The notes beneath the pieces are model-generated. The model did no database searches. It saw nothing but the letters and a program-made list of their open reading frames with translations, and was not told the DNA's origin. A DNA stretch of 64,000 bases from contig CM120645.1 of NCBI GenBank assembly GCA_051362555.1, positions 12,152,001 through 12,216,000 on the forward strand, in the 5' to 3' direction. The position numbers and the translations under genes are program-made. Position 1 is the stretch's first letter; each line of letters begins with the position of its first letter. The stretch is from Lingula anatina (lineage: Eukaryota > Animalia > Brachiopoda). Below are positions 1-14,397 of this stretch, piece by piece.

Positions 1-27
1 CAGTCACATTTTAAAAAATTCTAACAG

Positions 28-1563
28 GTTCTTCCGACGTCGTGGTGGAACTCTTCTCATCGGATAACGACACGACCCAAGCTATGTTGTGCAACCCGCG
101 GGTGGTCCACGTGGGGGATAACCTCAACATGGGGAATGTGACCCCAGTTTTGGAGTCTGTATACGGCAACGGCATTGTGAGTACAAAACTTTTAGTTGCT
201 TAATAGTAAGACTGCTGCCAAAGGCCTCCTGTGACATGTCAGTGCAGTGTTGTGAACACTGTATTTGACTTAAAAACGCGTTTTGTGTGAGCAACGGGTG
301 CTCTACTCCTAATATTTGCAATCAACCTTTACTACTACAGTGTACATGTACTACTACTGCTGCTGCCAGTAAAAAGAAGAAAGATTGTATGAGGATTTAT
401 TATTAGTAGTAGTAGCAGTAGTGGTAGTAATACTAGTAGTAGTAGTAGTAACTGTAGTACATGTAGTACTGGTAGTAGTTGAAGCAGTAGGCTAGCATAA
501 TTTAGAAAAACTAGATTTTTCTTTCCTTCAGCACGTTCTTATTCATATATTAATAAATTAACATGTTTTCAATACCAGTACGACAGAGCCATCCTTAACC
601 TTGGTACAGTGGAAAACAGCGGAACCGACTCGTCCACGCCCAACGCCAGCATGGTCTTCATCGACTACAAGGTGTACAAGATCACGTCTAATTTAACAGT
701 CTCCGGGGAGGAGTACTGGTTGAGTGCGGGGGCCTCCTTCAACAATGACAGCGACATTTGGGTGGCACAGGTGTCCTACATCACGGAGACTGATGTTTTT
801 GTAAGTAGTTTTTTTTCCTTTTTCATCTTGTCATTTTTGTCTACATTGTGCGCTGTAGCGTTACTCATAATGTGTGTGAACACCAGCATGGGCGAAAGGT
901 CATATTTAGAGTAGGTGTTTAGGGGCATATTTAGAAGCAAAGAAGAATGCACACTCGGGAATATACATGCGTTGGAGAGGACAGAATTTTAAATATTTTT
1001 AAACAAAATGGCTACAGATCAAAATATTCAAATTCTATAACAGCCAGTTACACGTACTAGACGCACCATAGTTTTTCGGTTAAAAGAAAACGTGTCTCCA
1101 TCCTCCTTTAGATTCATGAAGGTTACGATTAGCGTGACGTATATGGGTCAGAATCTAGGACGAGGCTTACCTGTACAAATAGATGGAAACCGGACCATGT
1201 GGCACAGGTGATTGTCTTGCACATGGCGCTGGCATGGTTATGTACGTTTGCCAGACCAATTATAAATTGATTTTCGGTACTTTTGATAATAAATGTAAAT
1301 AGAGTGTCGTCTTTGTTCTGAAAGTGACCAGAGAGAGAAAGAGAGTATGACATCAAATCATATTAGAGAATCATAGAGAGAGAGAGACTATAAAATGAAA
1401 TGAGTGCGCATTTTACCAATATTCAGTGCATCGCTTACAATGCTCTAGTACCGGCTTAATCAATTCATTAGGATTATTTAGGGATTTTAGAAAAAGAGTG
1501 TCAGGTAAAATGAAACTGTCATTTCCTTATTCAATATTTTATATCTATTTTACTCTTATTGTC

Positions 1564-1601
<38 letters not shown>

Positions 1602-4600
1602 GACAGAAATCCTTCGGTATTCTTTCCCCCTACTCAGTCTGAAGTTGAAAACATTCTATTATATGACACACATGAATTTTGGGAAACTAGACAGGCTTTT
1701 TTATATACACTAGACAGTTTTTTTAAACGCACGGGTTTTAGGAATTTAGGAAGACAAAAATCAAAAACCAGTGCAGCCATGTTGTGCTCCGAGTCTCAGC
1801 TATCTGAGCATATGTTAGTCCGTCATCCATCAAGTCTGTTATCGACATTTTCTCATTTATTATGAATCTTTTCCAAACAGCGCGCTGAAACTCGACCGGG
1901 CGTTATATCCGTTGCCAGGCGTCCGCGTCTTTGTACCGGGTATCCAGGAAAAGAGCGCCATTTCCTCCACGCACTGACAGCATCGATAACACATCTAAAT
2001 TTTGGGCTGCATCATTGTTTTTATGAACTGGAGTGGTTATATCTAATCAATACGCTTCTGTTGACAGCCTGGTTCTCGGTAATTTCCTTCTGTCTCGCTC
2101 GCGGTGAGATGTTTTGCTAATAAACACATTTTATTTCTAAATTTAATGATTTGCTATTAGTCGTTTCCTCTGGTGTTGTAAGAATAAATCATGAAGTCTA
2201 AGTTCAAGGGCTACGAGGCTTTGTTTAAGTTTTTATCCATGTTTGTTCTCAGTATACAGCTGAAGTGGTTTGTGTAATAGAACAATAGAATATTAGGCCA
2301 AAGAACTAGGCGCATACAAAAGTTGTTTTATAACAAATAGAAGCCACGTTCAAAAGAACTTCCTTTCTAAAATGTTTAAGTCGTTTTCATTATTCATTTT
2401 CGGGATTGGATAGAAACAAATGGGTATTTCAACTCCATCATTTTTAATTTTCATTTATAGCTATAAAATGACCTGGGAGTTACTTCAGCAGCGATTTTAC
2501 ATCATCATCATCATCTTCATCATCATAATAATAATAAAAACAGAGTTGGTCCAAGAAAGAGTAGTCTTGAACAAACGGTAGTGTTGGTTCTGGCTTTTCA
2601 TTTTGTACCGGATGGCTATAATGGTCCTTCACTGTCTCGTTTGTCGTACCAAGTAGCTGTCCAGTTCTTTTCTTCCCTGAAGCAACTAGCATTTTCAACT
2701 TAACTATATTTTAGCGGGCACTGTCTTTTATGCATTTTGCTACAATTTGTATTTTTTTTTTCTTTTTCCAGAACACCAGCACCCCAGCAAATCTCACCCT
2801 CAACGGGCCACCCCAGGTGGAGATCGGATCAGCCGCCAAGTTTACCCTCGATATGTACATCCCTTACCCCACAGCCACAATAGCTGTAGACGCCTTTACC
2901 CCCTATAACACATCGGACGTCATGTCCATGTGCAGCGTGACGCTGAAAAACACTGGTCTCAACTATGCATGTCTGAACAATGACGCCATCACCAGCACCA
3001 TCTATCCGTATGCAGGCGGAAACGGCAATAATAGAGGGCGCCTGAATCTAGGACAGATGGTTAATACAGGTAATAGGGCCAGTGGCTGATTTGTGGGGGG
3101 GGGGTCAGGGGGGTCCTGACCCCCCCCTTCGATTTCTGAAAAAAAATCACACCAATGGATCTCTCTTGAAAAATAGAATTTTTACTAGCTGAATCATAGT
3201 TCTTAACCGTACCAAATTGCACCGTTCGCCCTCTAAAATACCAAATGAAGGGCCCGAAGCCCACGCCAAGGGGGGGGGGGGGGGGTCCGCGGATGTGAAG
3301 CCTCTTCAAATAATCCTGGATCCGCCCTGAGGGCCATTACTGTGAGACAACAGATACCAAATATTACAAACAAATTAATTTTTAATATAGCTGTTGAAAA
3401 GGTGACAAATACCAGTAAATATTGCAAGGTAAGGTAATTGTCAATAAAGTAGAACATAAGTTTGATATATGCATAATTACGATTTTATGGGACTGTTTTG
3501 GCTATAAGTATCCGTTCGTTTACTTATTCTTGCCCGATGTGTATTTCAACTTTTTAGAGCAATATCACACACGTACTGAGTAAGTACATTAATCCATAAC
3601 GAAATGACTTCTTATTTTTATTCTTTTTGTCACTAATCCCGTAATATAGAATCGTGGAGGCGCGAAATAACTACAAAATTTTGAAACACCTACTACAACA
3701 TATTACTATGAAGAACATAATGCACAATAATATATCTTGTAATATGTTATCTTTTCATATGGGTGTTGTTATTAATATTATTAATTATTATGAATTATCG
3801 ATTATTATTATTATTATTATTACAGCTGCTCGAGACGAAACCAACTACGTTCACGATGAAAGCAGGTTGAGCGTGGAATTTGTTCTGTTCGTCAACGACG
3901 ACCAGTCTTTTCTAGACCAGGAGTACTGGGTAGGGGCCGCCGTCGAGATTGGTGAGGATGAGATCTGGGCTGGTCAACTGGCCGTCACCGCCGTGAACTA
4001 TACAGAGAAAGCCATTAATACGGTGAGTAGAATGCTATTTCCCATTAAAATCCTAAGTCTACTGGTAAATTAAGACATCTTTTTTTCGCTTAATCGTTTT
4101 TTTTTTCTTTCAAAAATTACATGAAATTGCATTTCTTTTACACAGATAAAAAAGAAAATCTGGCCCTCTCAAAAAATAATTTTAAAATAATATAATCACC
4201 CTCCTTTCATTCTTGTTACATTGTCACAGCTACAGGGACTCCTTTAAAGCAGTTTCGTTTTTTCTTTCACATTTCACGGCACTATTGTTTTCAGACTGAA
4301 AACTTATCGTTTTCTCTCACCGCCACCAACGAATCCCTGGCCATCGGCGAGTCCGTCCTCCTTGACCTTGACATCACCGTGCCAGAGAACACAGAGACGG
4401 CGTACAAACTGACTGTCCTCACTCCATTCAACGACACAGCTAGGGCAAAGGTTTGCCACATTTACGTGGAGTCGACAGGACGGAACATCCCGTGTGTAAG
4501 TCCGGGAATTCCAGTGTTCACTTCATTGGACAACAGCTCCGTGAGCACCAAGGCAACCTTGAACCTCGGGTCCATCACGAACGCGGGAGTGATCAGCAGC

Positions 4601-7600
4601 GCTTCTAACAATAGCGAAAACATGGTCAAAGTGAAAATCGCCGTGCAAATTCTGGATCACGAGTTGAACTACAACGGGGGCGACCTACAAGTTACGGTCG
4701 GAGTGGAGGTGGGACCAGACAAAATTTGGGTCGCTGAGAGACTGTTCACGGCCGGGAATGACACTAAAGAAATATCGGTAAATCTATTTATTCAATAGAT
4801 TTAGAATTGCTCTAGACCGCAAAACATTGCAGAATATGTTGGAGTTTGATATGTCAGAAGTTTCTACTCTGCGCTATATAAGTCTATCCGTACATACTAG
4901 TGCATTGTACAGTATGTATGTTAAAAACTGCCCTTGGGCATTAATTCTTATTTGGCATTGATTTTATGTCATTTGTCAAGGGGATTACACTGTGTCTCTC
5001 TTCACGTCGTGGTTTACGACCGAATTTATTCTTATTCATTATTGATATTCTTGGTTCATGTACATCAAATATATATATTGCAACATAACAAAACCATTAA
5101 AAGAAAAGTGATAAATAAGCAGAATCCACGATAATTTCATGAATTTTTAACGAAACAAATATAAGTGTTTTAATTAAAATAATCACATATTTCTTTTTCC
5201 AAAGAACCTCACTGCCGCGGATATAGCCATGAGCTACGCATTTGGGGATGAGCACGTCCATATCAACGCGGTGAAGGACGTCCGAGTGACAATCACCACC
5301 ATGCCCGCGGCCATATACTACCCTGGAAGGTTCGAGTTCGTCTTGCCCGTTGAGAATGACTCGGCCATATTGACGGTGTGCCGGGCGGAGTTGATCCACG
5401 TGGGATCGAATCTACCGTGCTTTAATGGCTCTGCTGCCAACTCCACATTCGTATACAGTTCGAGGTGAGAGTAGTTGTAATATTAACTTTCGCAATTCTA
5501 AAAAATATATATGAATAAAAAAAGCAGAGTACATTTAGATGTAATGCGAATAAAAAATGAAGAGGAGGTAAGAACATAAGTCTGTAAATTTCATGTGTAC
5601 TTGAATCGATTTCCCCCTTTTTCTTGTCCATTCACAGAATTTTGCGACCTGATAATATGAACATGGGATTTTAGTCCAAAACAGAAACCTACATTTCAAA
5701 CTTTTTGCAAATTCTGATTTTTTTCTGCACCGTGAGTTCACTCAGAAAATGAACCGAATTAACCATTGTTACATAATGCACGGGTATGAATAAAAAAATC
5801 AAGGTGCCTGAAATATAGCAATTGTGTCTCTTATTATAATCGATATGATATTCTATTTTAAAAATCCCCCCATTGTACATGTTAGCACTTTTTTCCATTT
5901 ATCTAGACTTCCCTTTAGAGAAATTATAAGTGTGAACGTTTTATTTTACAGGACCAATGACACAAGCCAAAGCAAAGTTGCCATCGATCTTGGCTACATT
6001 TGCAACATCGGCTCTAACACTGTAGCCCAGACCGAAGCAGACCAGATAATACTAAAGTTTATCGTACGCCAAGAAGACCACGTGGCCGTAGAAAATGGTA
6101 CTGAGAAATGGCTGTCGGCGGGCATGCAGTATTTCACAAGTGAACTGTGGGTGGGGCAGATAAATTCAGTCACTTTGAAGGACATGAACATAGTAGCTCC
6201 CAGCGTGAGTGACTTCTATTCATAAAATCGAATTTCTGCGCCTATTCTAATTACTGAGATAACTTCTTTCATATCCCGCATGCGTCTATGGCCCCATTCA
6301 AAATAGGGTATTAACCAGTCCAATGGTCAAATATGGCGACCCACTACAAAGCTTGCCGTCCAATCCGCTAATAGACGCTGAATAGATATCCCGTGGAGAA
6401 GTATTCAAGTGGGTCAGCGATATTTGACCCTCGGACTACTTTGCCCCCTATTCTAAATGGGGCCTAAGCGAAGAATATTCTGCGTGCAATAAAGCAGGCA
6501 CATTAAATACAGTAATGCGTACTGATATAGGCTTATTTTACTGCTGTACTTTTATCATTTCAGGACTACGACGGACTGCCACTTTTTGTGACACCTACCG
6601 ACAAACAAACGTCTAACATGATAGCTCCAGGGAGTGTAATAACCTTCGACATCATGTTCAAAGTACCGCCACAGTCGACTGTAGGTTACTCGATAAGTGT
6701 CACTACCAACTGTACGCTGACCGTATGTGCTCTGCGATACGTGGAGACAGGTTGGAATATCCCGTGCCTTTCAACTACGTCCATCGGTGAAGTGACCTTC
6801 GGAGCTGGTAGCCGGACCACGGCCTCCATGTCGCTCGGTCACTTTACTAATATAGGTAAATATACCTGTGCAACGAAACTGAAGTTCCGTGCAACAGAAA
6901 GCCCCCCCCCCCCCCCCCTTAGAGTTATAATGGTTAGGAATAGCCTAGGTTAAAATCTAGGGCGAGGCTCACCTGTACAAATGAATGAGAAGCGGAGTCT
7001 CTATCATGGTGGACTCTCTGTCACGTTACACCGGTTGGCCAGTTTTCATAACTCCGTGTGACAACAATATTTCTTCAGTGTTTTTATTATTTTGTGGAAA
7101 CACAGTTAAATGTAGATATAAAACGGTTACTATTCTTCATGGTGCAGATATTTGCTATTTCAAGTTTCTGCATGATCAAATGTATTATTAAAATGTTTTT
7201 TTTTTCCTTGGGTATGGTGTAATCAATCACTCTTTTTTTAGGAATTGTGAATGTATTTTTTCTACATAATAAAAATTGATGTCTTTAAGAATCCGACAAC
7301 GTTCGATACCAGATCCTTCTAACTAATATCGTATTTGATATTGTCCAGGCTCGACCAATGTGTCGTACACCGATGTTTTCGACAATGAAACCGTGCGCCT
7401 GCAGGTAGTCCTCCAACTTACCGGCGATGAAGCCATTGCTACAAACGGCTCCGAACACTGGTTCCGCGTGGATTTAGATTATGGGGGAGCACAGCCGGCC
7501 AAGGCAGATGCTTTCGTCCAAGCAATCCATAAACAGGCGGATAACGTCACGGTGCGTATGGCCTTAACGGTTCACGGTTGGAATTTTATTAATTCCAGTT

Positions 7601-10600
7601 TTTTTAATGCCTATCTAGTTATTACGAGTTGATTGCAGAACTGTGGCAACTGGAGCCAAGGAGAGTTCCTCTTTAATACCAACAACCATTTAATTTAATA
7701 AAAATTCCGAAATATTGTAAAAAAAAAATAGTTTGAAATCACGTGAGTTAAAACATATGTAAATACTTGACATTTACTTGACATGCAAATGCAGAAATCT
7801 AAATCAGTTATACGGTGATTGTTGCATATTTTTTTAATCTGTCAAACTCGCGCTTCAATAATCCCGTAACCGGTATCGGTCTGATCGGTCTACTGTAATG
7901 AAGGACTGATTCAAATCCAACGTAAGGGTCAAATTGTAAGGTGTCATATCTGAAGGCATGCATTTTATTTACAATTGCTGCTCAAAAGTTTCAATATGCT
8001 AAGTTCACATGACGTACTCTTTCTTAAAAGAGTCTGTATCAGCCTAAACATGTCTTGGATTTTTTTTATATTTCAGACCCTCGACCCAAATGTGCTGTTC
8101 AATTATGTCAGTGAGGCGGGCACTCAGTTTGCCGCTGACGGATCACCCTACGTCACCAAGGGCCAAAGCGTGCGTTTCTCCCTCGAGCTAACTTTACCAG
8201 AGAACACAGCATGGCACATCCAGGTGAAGTTTCTCACTCCACTAAATACGACCAGCCTTATGCATATCTGCGATGCCAGTGTCATCCACGTCGGCTCCAA
8301 TTTTCCTTGTGTCGTTAAAGAAACCGTTGTAAACACCTACGAGTCCAGGTAAGTTCGCAGAGGCGGATCCAGAGCTATTTTCTGACAGCCTTCCGAATTT
8401 TCTTCGTTGATCTGTCCTCCATTTTTGATCGTCTTCCGACAGAAAAAAATAGATACCCGTCAATGTAAACTTGAAAATATGACTGTCTTCCGGCAGACCC
8501 AGAATACGATCTCAATCCGCCCCCGGTTCAAGTCCTGATCAAACTATATTCTTCGAAACACATTTGGTCGCCCGATTTAGAAAGAGGTGGAGGCTAAGGC
8601 CAGAATGATATAAATTTTAAAATTGAAATTACAAAAAAAAAAAATATGGCACATGGTTTGCGTGTATGTTTCCAAGGCAAAAGCATGCTTACAAACAGGT
8701 GCATAACAAACAACTGAGACATCAAACGTGGATATCTTTCCTGGCCCGCTGCAACTATTCTTTATTAAGCTGCAGTGGATTTTACAAGTAGTTGTCCTTC
8801 AAAATTACTAGAGATTTACGTTTTAACCTGGCCTCCCTGATTTTTCCCCACGCATTCCCGAGTAATGCACCATGTGACTTGGTTCCAGGACCGGTTCCGC
8901 CCACACAGACATTGGTTCCATAGACATGGGATACGTTTGCAGTATTCCAACGGGGACAGCGACCAATACGTCTAACACGGTAAGATCTTTGATCTCGAAC
9001 ACCGACCAGTCGATGTGGGCAAAAATGCTCACAGATTTTGATCTTAAATAATGAAAATAACAATAATAGCTACAAAAGCAGTCAGAGAGCGCCTCCACCA
9101 AGACAAATGATTGATTAACCACCAAAATCTACTCATTTCTTCTATTGGATTTATAACTTTTAGTCATATAATCTTATTATTAATGACGCCCGAGTCATGT
9201 AGATCGTCAAGTTTTCTTTAAAGTTTGGAGGGAAATATCGATACCATTTGCTTTAATTTGAAGAATTTTATCATGGATTTTACCTGAATCGGGAAAGATA
9301 AGAATTACAGCATATTAGAACAAATTGGGAAATTTCCAAATGCCGAAAGCATATCTCTATATATATTAACCGTCGTTTGGTACATTTTAATTTGTTTAAT
9401 TTTTTTTCCATTTGTTTTAGATTATATTTGACGCTGCTGCGTCAGTCTTAAGGGACGTCACTCTTGAGCAGGATGACACGTTTTGGTTTGGCAGTACGGT
9501 GACAGTAAACTCTCACGTCATCTATGTGTCCCAACTGTCACTGAAGTATACAGAGACTTTGTCAAACAGTTACACTGTAAGTGTAGATTGGTCAAAGTAA
9601 ACAGCTTGTCATATCATCCAGTACAATGCATTTGATTAAAATACAAGTTCAGTCACAGTTCTTAATTGTAAAAAAAGAATCGCGTTTTAGTTCTTTCAAA
9701 GTAGCGACTCCGTGACAATTCCAATCATCAAGATTTTACACTATTTTTGCTTACCTTAATGTATATACTCTCAATATTTGGCATTTTTGCATTCCTGAGA
9801 GACATTTCCAACGACAACAACGAGAGACCAAGGTCTTTCTAATAAAATGTTGGTAACCAAATCTTAGTCAACCACACCTCTTTTGTAGGAAGCAGCATCC
9901 GCCGTAATGAACTGCAGCTCTTGCAGCAGTAACATCACCAACGTTTATGTCAATGGGAGCAGCGTATCCCCGCGACCAACGACAATAGCAGAGCGTTTCA
10001 GCATCAGCGTAGTATTAACAGTGCCCCAAAACCTGACCGTGCCCCTCACCATCGACGTCAGAGTGCCCGTAAACGAAACCGCCGTGATGACCATCACCGA
10101 TGCTGCCCTGACGCGCGCAGGCGCAAATCTGTGCGGATTGAGCCGCCAGATGGCGATGGTGACTCCCGTGTATAACATGTCATTGGACAATAATCAGGTG
10201 ACGGGTCTTACGGTTGACCTGCACGCTGTTACAAACACAGGTATTGCATTTAAATTTCTATATTGAAAGAAAACTCTTAATACCTTATATTGCGTGATAA
10301 ATCGTGCGAATTAGTTTGCACTCTGTTTAGTATAATTTGGGGTTTTTTTTCACTGAGTCAGTGTGGCACCATGGGTTCGAATCTCAGATTTCAGGATGAA
10401 TAATTTTCACAACACTTAATTTGATAGAATAATTGATTTAACAATGGATAGTTCTAAAGCGTGCTGTTTACCCTTATGAAAATAAAAATGGGCAATTCTA
10501 CGGGTACTAGTTCTTAATCCTATAATAAGCATTTTTGGAAAAAATGCGTTTAATTATCGCACAGTGTCATAAAAGTGTAAATAGTGCATTTTCTTTTCAG

Positions 10601-13600
10601 GAGTAACCGCTCGTGTTTCCAATTACACCTACAGTCTTGAGGACGACCAACTCGTATTTGATGTCAATTTACAAATGGCCGACAGCGTTGCTAACGAACA
10701 TCTGACTGTGCATGCAATTAACGTCGGCGTCGAGATGGGATCAATGGTAATGTAATAATAATTACTAGTGCTTTAATTTATTGGGAAACAATTCTTTTTG
10801 CAGTTATAGGCTCTCTAACTGCAAATTATTAAAGAGCATTAATGAGCATGGTGTATTATTTATGTGAGAAAATATTGGTCCTCTATTTAAATATGCTGTA
10901 ATTCGTTATTTCTAGAAATAATGATTTTCATATGACAGAATACCGCATGGAATTTACTGTGTAAGTCTTTGTGTACAAACTGTTAGAGTTTTTTTTGGGG
11001 GGGTTATTTTTGAAGGGCAGTGCGATCCCCAACATTTAATAAGGGAGGAATATTGACTTAGAAAACATATCATAGTAAGACTTGTTTCTTATACAGGGAG
11101 TACATGTACTTTTCAGGTGTACGTCGCAAAGGAATTCATTGAAGTTCAACGCACAACAAACGAAAAGCCCGAATTAGAAGTGGCTGTAACCATGGACACT
11201 AGCACAACTTACGCGAAAGGGTATGGATTTATTCACTTCACCTTCACCGCTCCATAATGTACAGCAGTCATATGTGACGTCCCTGTCATTAGTTGTGACG
11301 TCAGCGTCATTACGTCAAATTTACCCCATAGAGGTCAAAGATCTGAAGTGCAGAAAGAAAGGCTTATGATTTTATTTTTAAATATTTGAGACACCTGAAG
11401 GTACCAAGAATGATATACGATAGATACGATAACGATTTGGGTGTTGGTTGATATTTTAATTTATTGTACAATGTTTTTGAGATGTACAATTTGTTCTCTC
11501 TGGGAATGCAACTGTTCCCTCAGCATTGGTTTGAATTAACGTTTACCCAGTGAAACCATGCAGCCCGAGAATCAGAAATTACGGGAAACTTACCTCTGTT
11601 ATCAGCATATCCTCCTGTCCAGTTACATCTCAGTAAACTTAAGTGAGTGACACCGTCACCATAATTATTGATGATACACTCTGAGACCGATGACCGTTTT
11701 ATATTTTGACAACCTCAAAGGGTCTTGTTGTTTTTATAGTTTTTAGACGGTATGTACTTGTCCATACTCATCAAATTTGTCATATTTTCAGCTCGACCAT
11801 AGAAGTGACTGGTAACATAAAACACACGGAACAGTCAAAAGCAGAAGCGAATAATGTCACAGTGAGCTTTTACCTGCCGCCTTCCCTGAACTTCAGCTCA
11901 TTTACAGCCATTAACCTTACCATGAATGCTGCCGTAGACGAAAACGGGCTGCTTTCCATCACGGTGATTCATTCAATTTTTCTCTATGACATAAGTGGTT
12001 TTCCTTGACATATTTAGTCTTAAAGGGATAGCCGTTTTCTGTAAATGTAGGAAATATAGAAATGTTTTATGTGCAGGATGAGAAAATACATTCAAAGTTT
12101 AGAGCCCGGTTAAACATTGATTTGGTAACCTCCAGAACATTTTTATCTCAGAAAGATTCACCTTGACTTTATGCGGTATTTTCATTAAACCCTGTTAATG
12201 TTACTGAAATTAACATTTCATATTCTAAGTTCATTTCCGTGATATTAAAGCAAAATTTTAAAAACGGTAATTTTAACACGTACAGCACAGCATTCGCTAA
12301 TTGACAAATGTGTCTTTTATCTAATCTTATCTGATTTATAAAAACCTTTCTATATACAGATTCCACAATTGCTCTTTGCTGACACAAACAGCAACTCTGG
12401 ATGGTTCACGCTTTCCCTGACCGTAAACCCCGACTACGGCCGCGAGAATATCGAGTCCGTGATTGTACCCTATGATGCCTGCTTCTACATGTTTTATCGC
12501 CAATTTAACGCCAACCCCGACGGAACGGAGTTCTGCTCTTCGCTTCAGGATCTGGAATTCACCATTAACCCTCAGGGATGGCCATGTAATATTTATAACC
12601 ATTTTATGCTTTTACTGTATTGCTTGAACTTTTTTTTACGAAAAGTTGGTATTTTGTACTAAGTATTTCCTAGTTACACTATTGAGGCACGGAATTAAAG
12701 TTTAAGTAATCAACTCTTAATGCCCGCATGCAAGGTCATTGATACTTCTAAGTTCCATGCTTTTCGCTTTATCAGAACATTGCTATGTGTCAGTATGCCC
12801 AAGATTAAGGCAAATGTCATTGTGAAGTAATGTGTGCTATTGTTTGACAATGAAGTTTATACTATTACAGTTTGAATAAATTGTGAAGGTTCTTGTCCCC
12901 ACCCCCGCACTCCCCCCAAATAAACTCTGAGTAAAAAAAGTTCTATTCATGATATGTTTCATAATAATTAAGATATATTATTGAATCTAATCGCCGTTTT
13001 TTTTTCAGCCTGCGAGACAGCACTTGGGATGCAGTCGCTAGCTATTCAAGATTGCCAGATAAAAGGCTCGCCATCCAGCACTAGTGTGACAGCTGCTCGA
13101 TATGGTTACAGTGGTAAGATGTTATTCATCATCATTCCTCTTCGTCCCGTGTGGGACATAAGGCCAAGATGATATTGCTGCCCTTTTTTATCATTATCTG
13201 GTCCTTTCCGTATATTTTGGCGCAGCCAAACAACTAGGTCCATAACTCGTAGATCAAGAGAACGTTAAGAAATAAGTAAATGTGATACCAGTAATGTCAT
13301 ACCAGTCAATGTAATTAGCTTAATTGTCTGACACACCCCCTCGAGAAGGTAGGGGGTAATTAACGGGCGTGTCAGACAATTACGGTGTTTACACCTGTAC
13401 ACGTAATTACTGGCATATCATAACCTCAATTCTTTTCATTTAGGTTGGAAAGGCTTTTACCGCGGGGAGGTGTATGAACCTTACAGATACCTTCAAATAG
13501 AATTAGGGAACAACACCAAGCTGACGCAACTTCTGTGTAATTATGTGGCCGGAAGTGACGTCACGCAGATCGAGGTGATGACCAGTAATGATGGGCTTGC

Positions 13601-14360
13601 TTGGCTCTCAGCAAACACGGTATGTTCTTTATCTAAATGGGATACGCCCAATTTATGTATTTATTATACTAGACTTGTGTCATATTTATTACCTTGTCTA
13701 CAATTGCACACAAACTGACTTTATGTGATATTCACATAGTAATTAATACATTAATACTGCGCCAAACAATGAAAGCAGACTCATATTATTGAGACACCGG
13801 TGTTTAATTATTATAAGAATTAAAGCATATCCAACTTAGTAAAAGTGAACATTACCTTGTACAGTGTGCGCAGATGAGGTCAAGGATAGATGAGTAGAGT
13901 ATATAACAGACGGGCGCAGAATTGAATCTGATTTATTATAAAAAGGAAAAGAAGAAAAGGAAGTGCAACAAAAACATATAAAGTAATATAACAGCATTAA
14001 GTTATGCACAATATGTGTAGTAAATGTTTTTGGTTTAAACAATCCGCAGCCTTATTGGCTTAAACAACCGCATATTGAAACGTTAAGTCAAATTTGTTGA
14101 TCTGTGTAAATTTATTTTGCGTCGTATGAAATTCATTAAATCAGCAAAATTTGTTTCTTACTTTTTGTTTTATGGATTTTATTTGATGAATTTTAGCTGT
14201 CCATTCCTGTGCGGAGTCAGCGGCTCTTGTTGTATCCGCCTATCGAGGCACCGTTTGTCCGATTCTACTTGTACGATTCCACTTCCGGGCCGTCCGAAAT
14301 AAAAAATACATTTGAAGTGTATGGGTGCAACACTGGTGGTAGTAGGGCAGGTAATATATT

Positions 14361-14397
<37 letters not shown>

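Noticed and set aside
1150-1200. ~40-bp similarity to 6957-6998 (CTAGG..GAGGCT.ACCTGTACAAAT)
   Set aside because: Probably fragments of a common dispersed repeat; too short to define or interpret.
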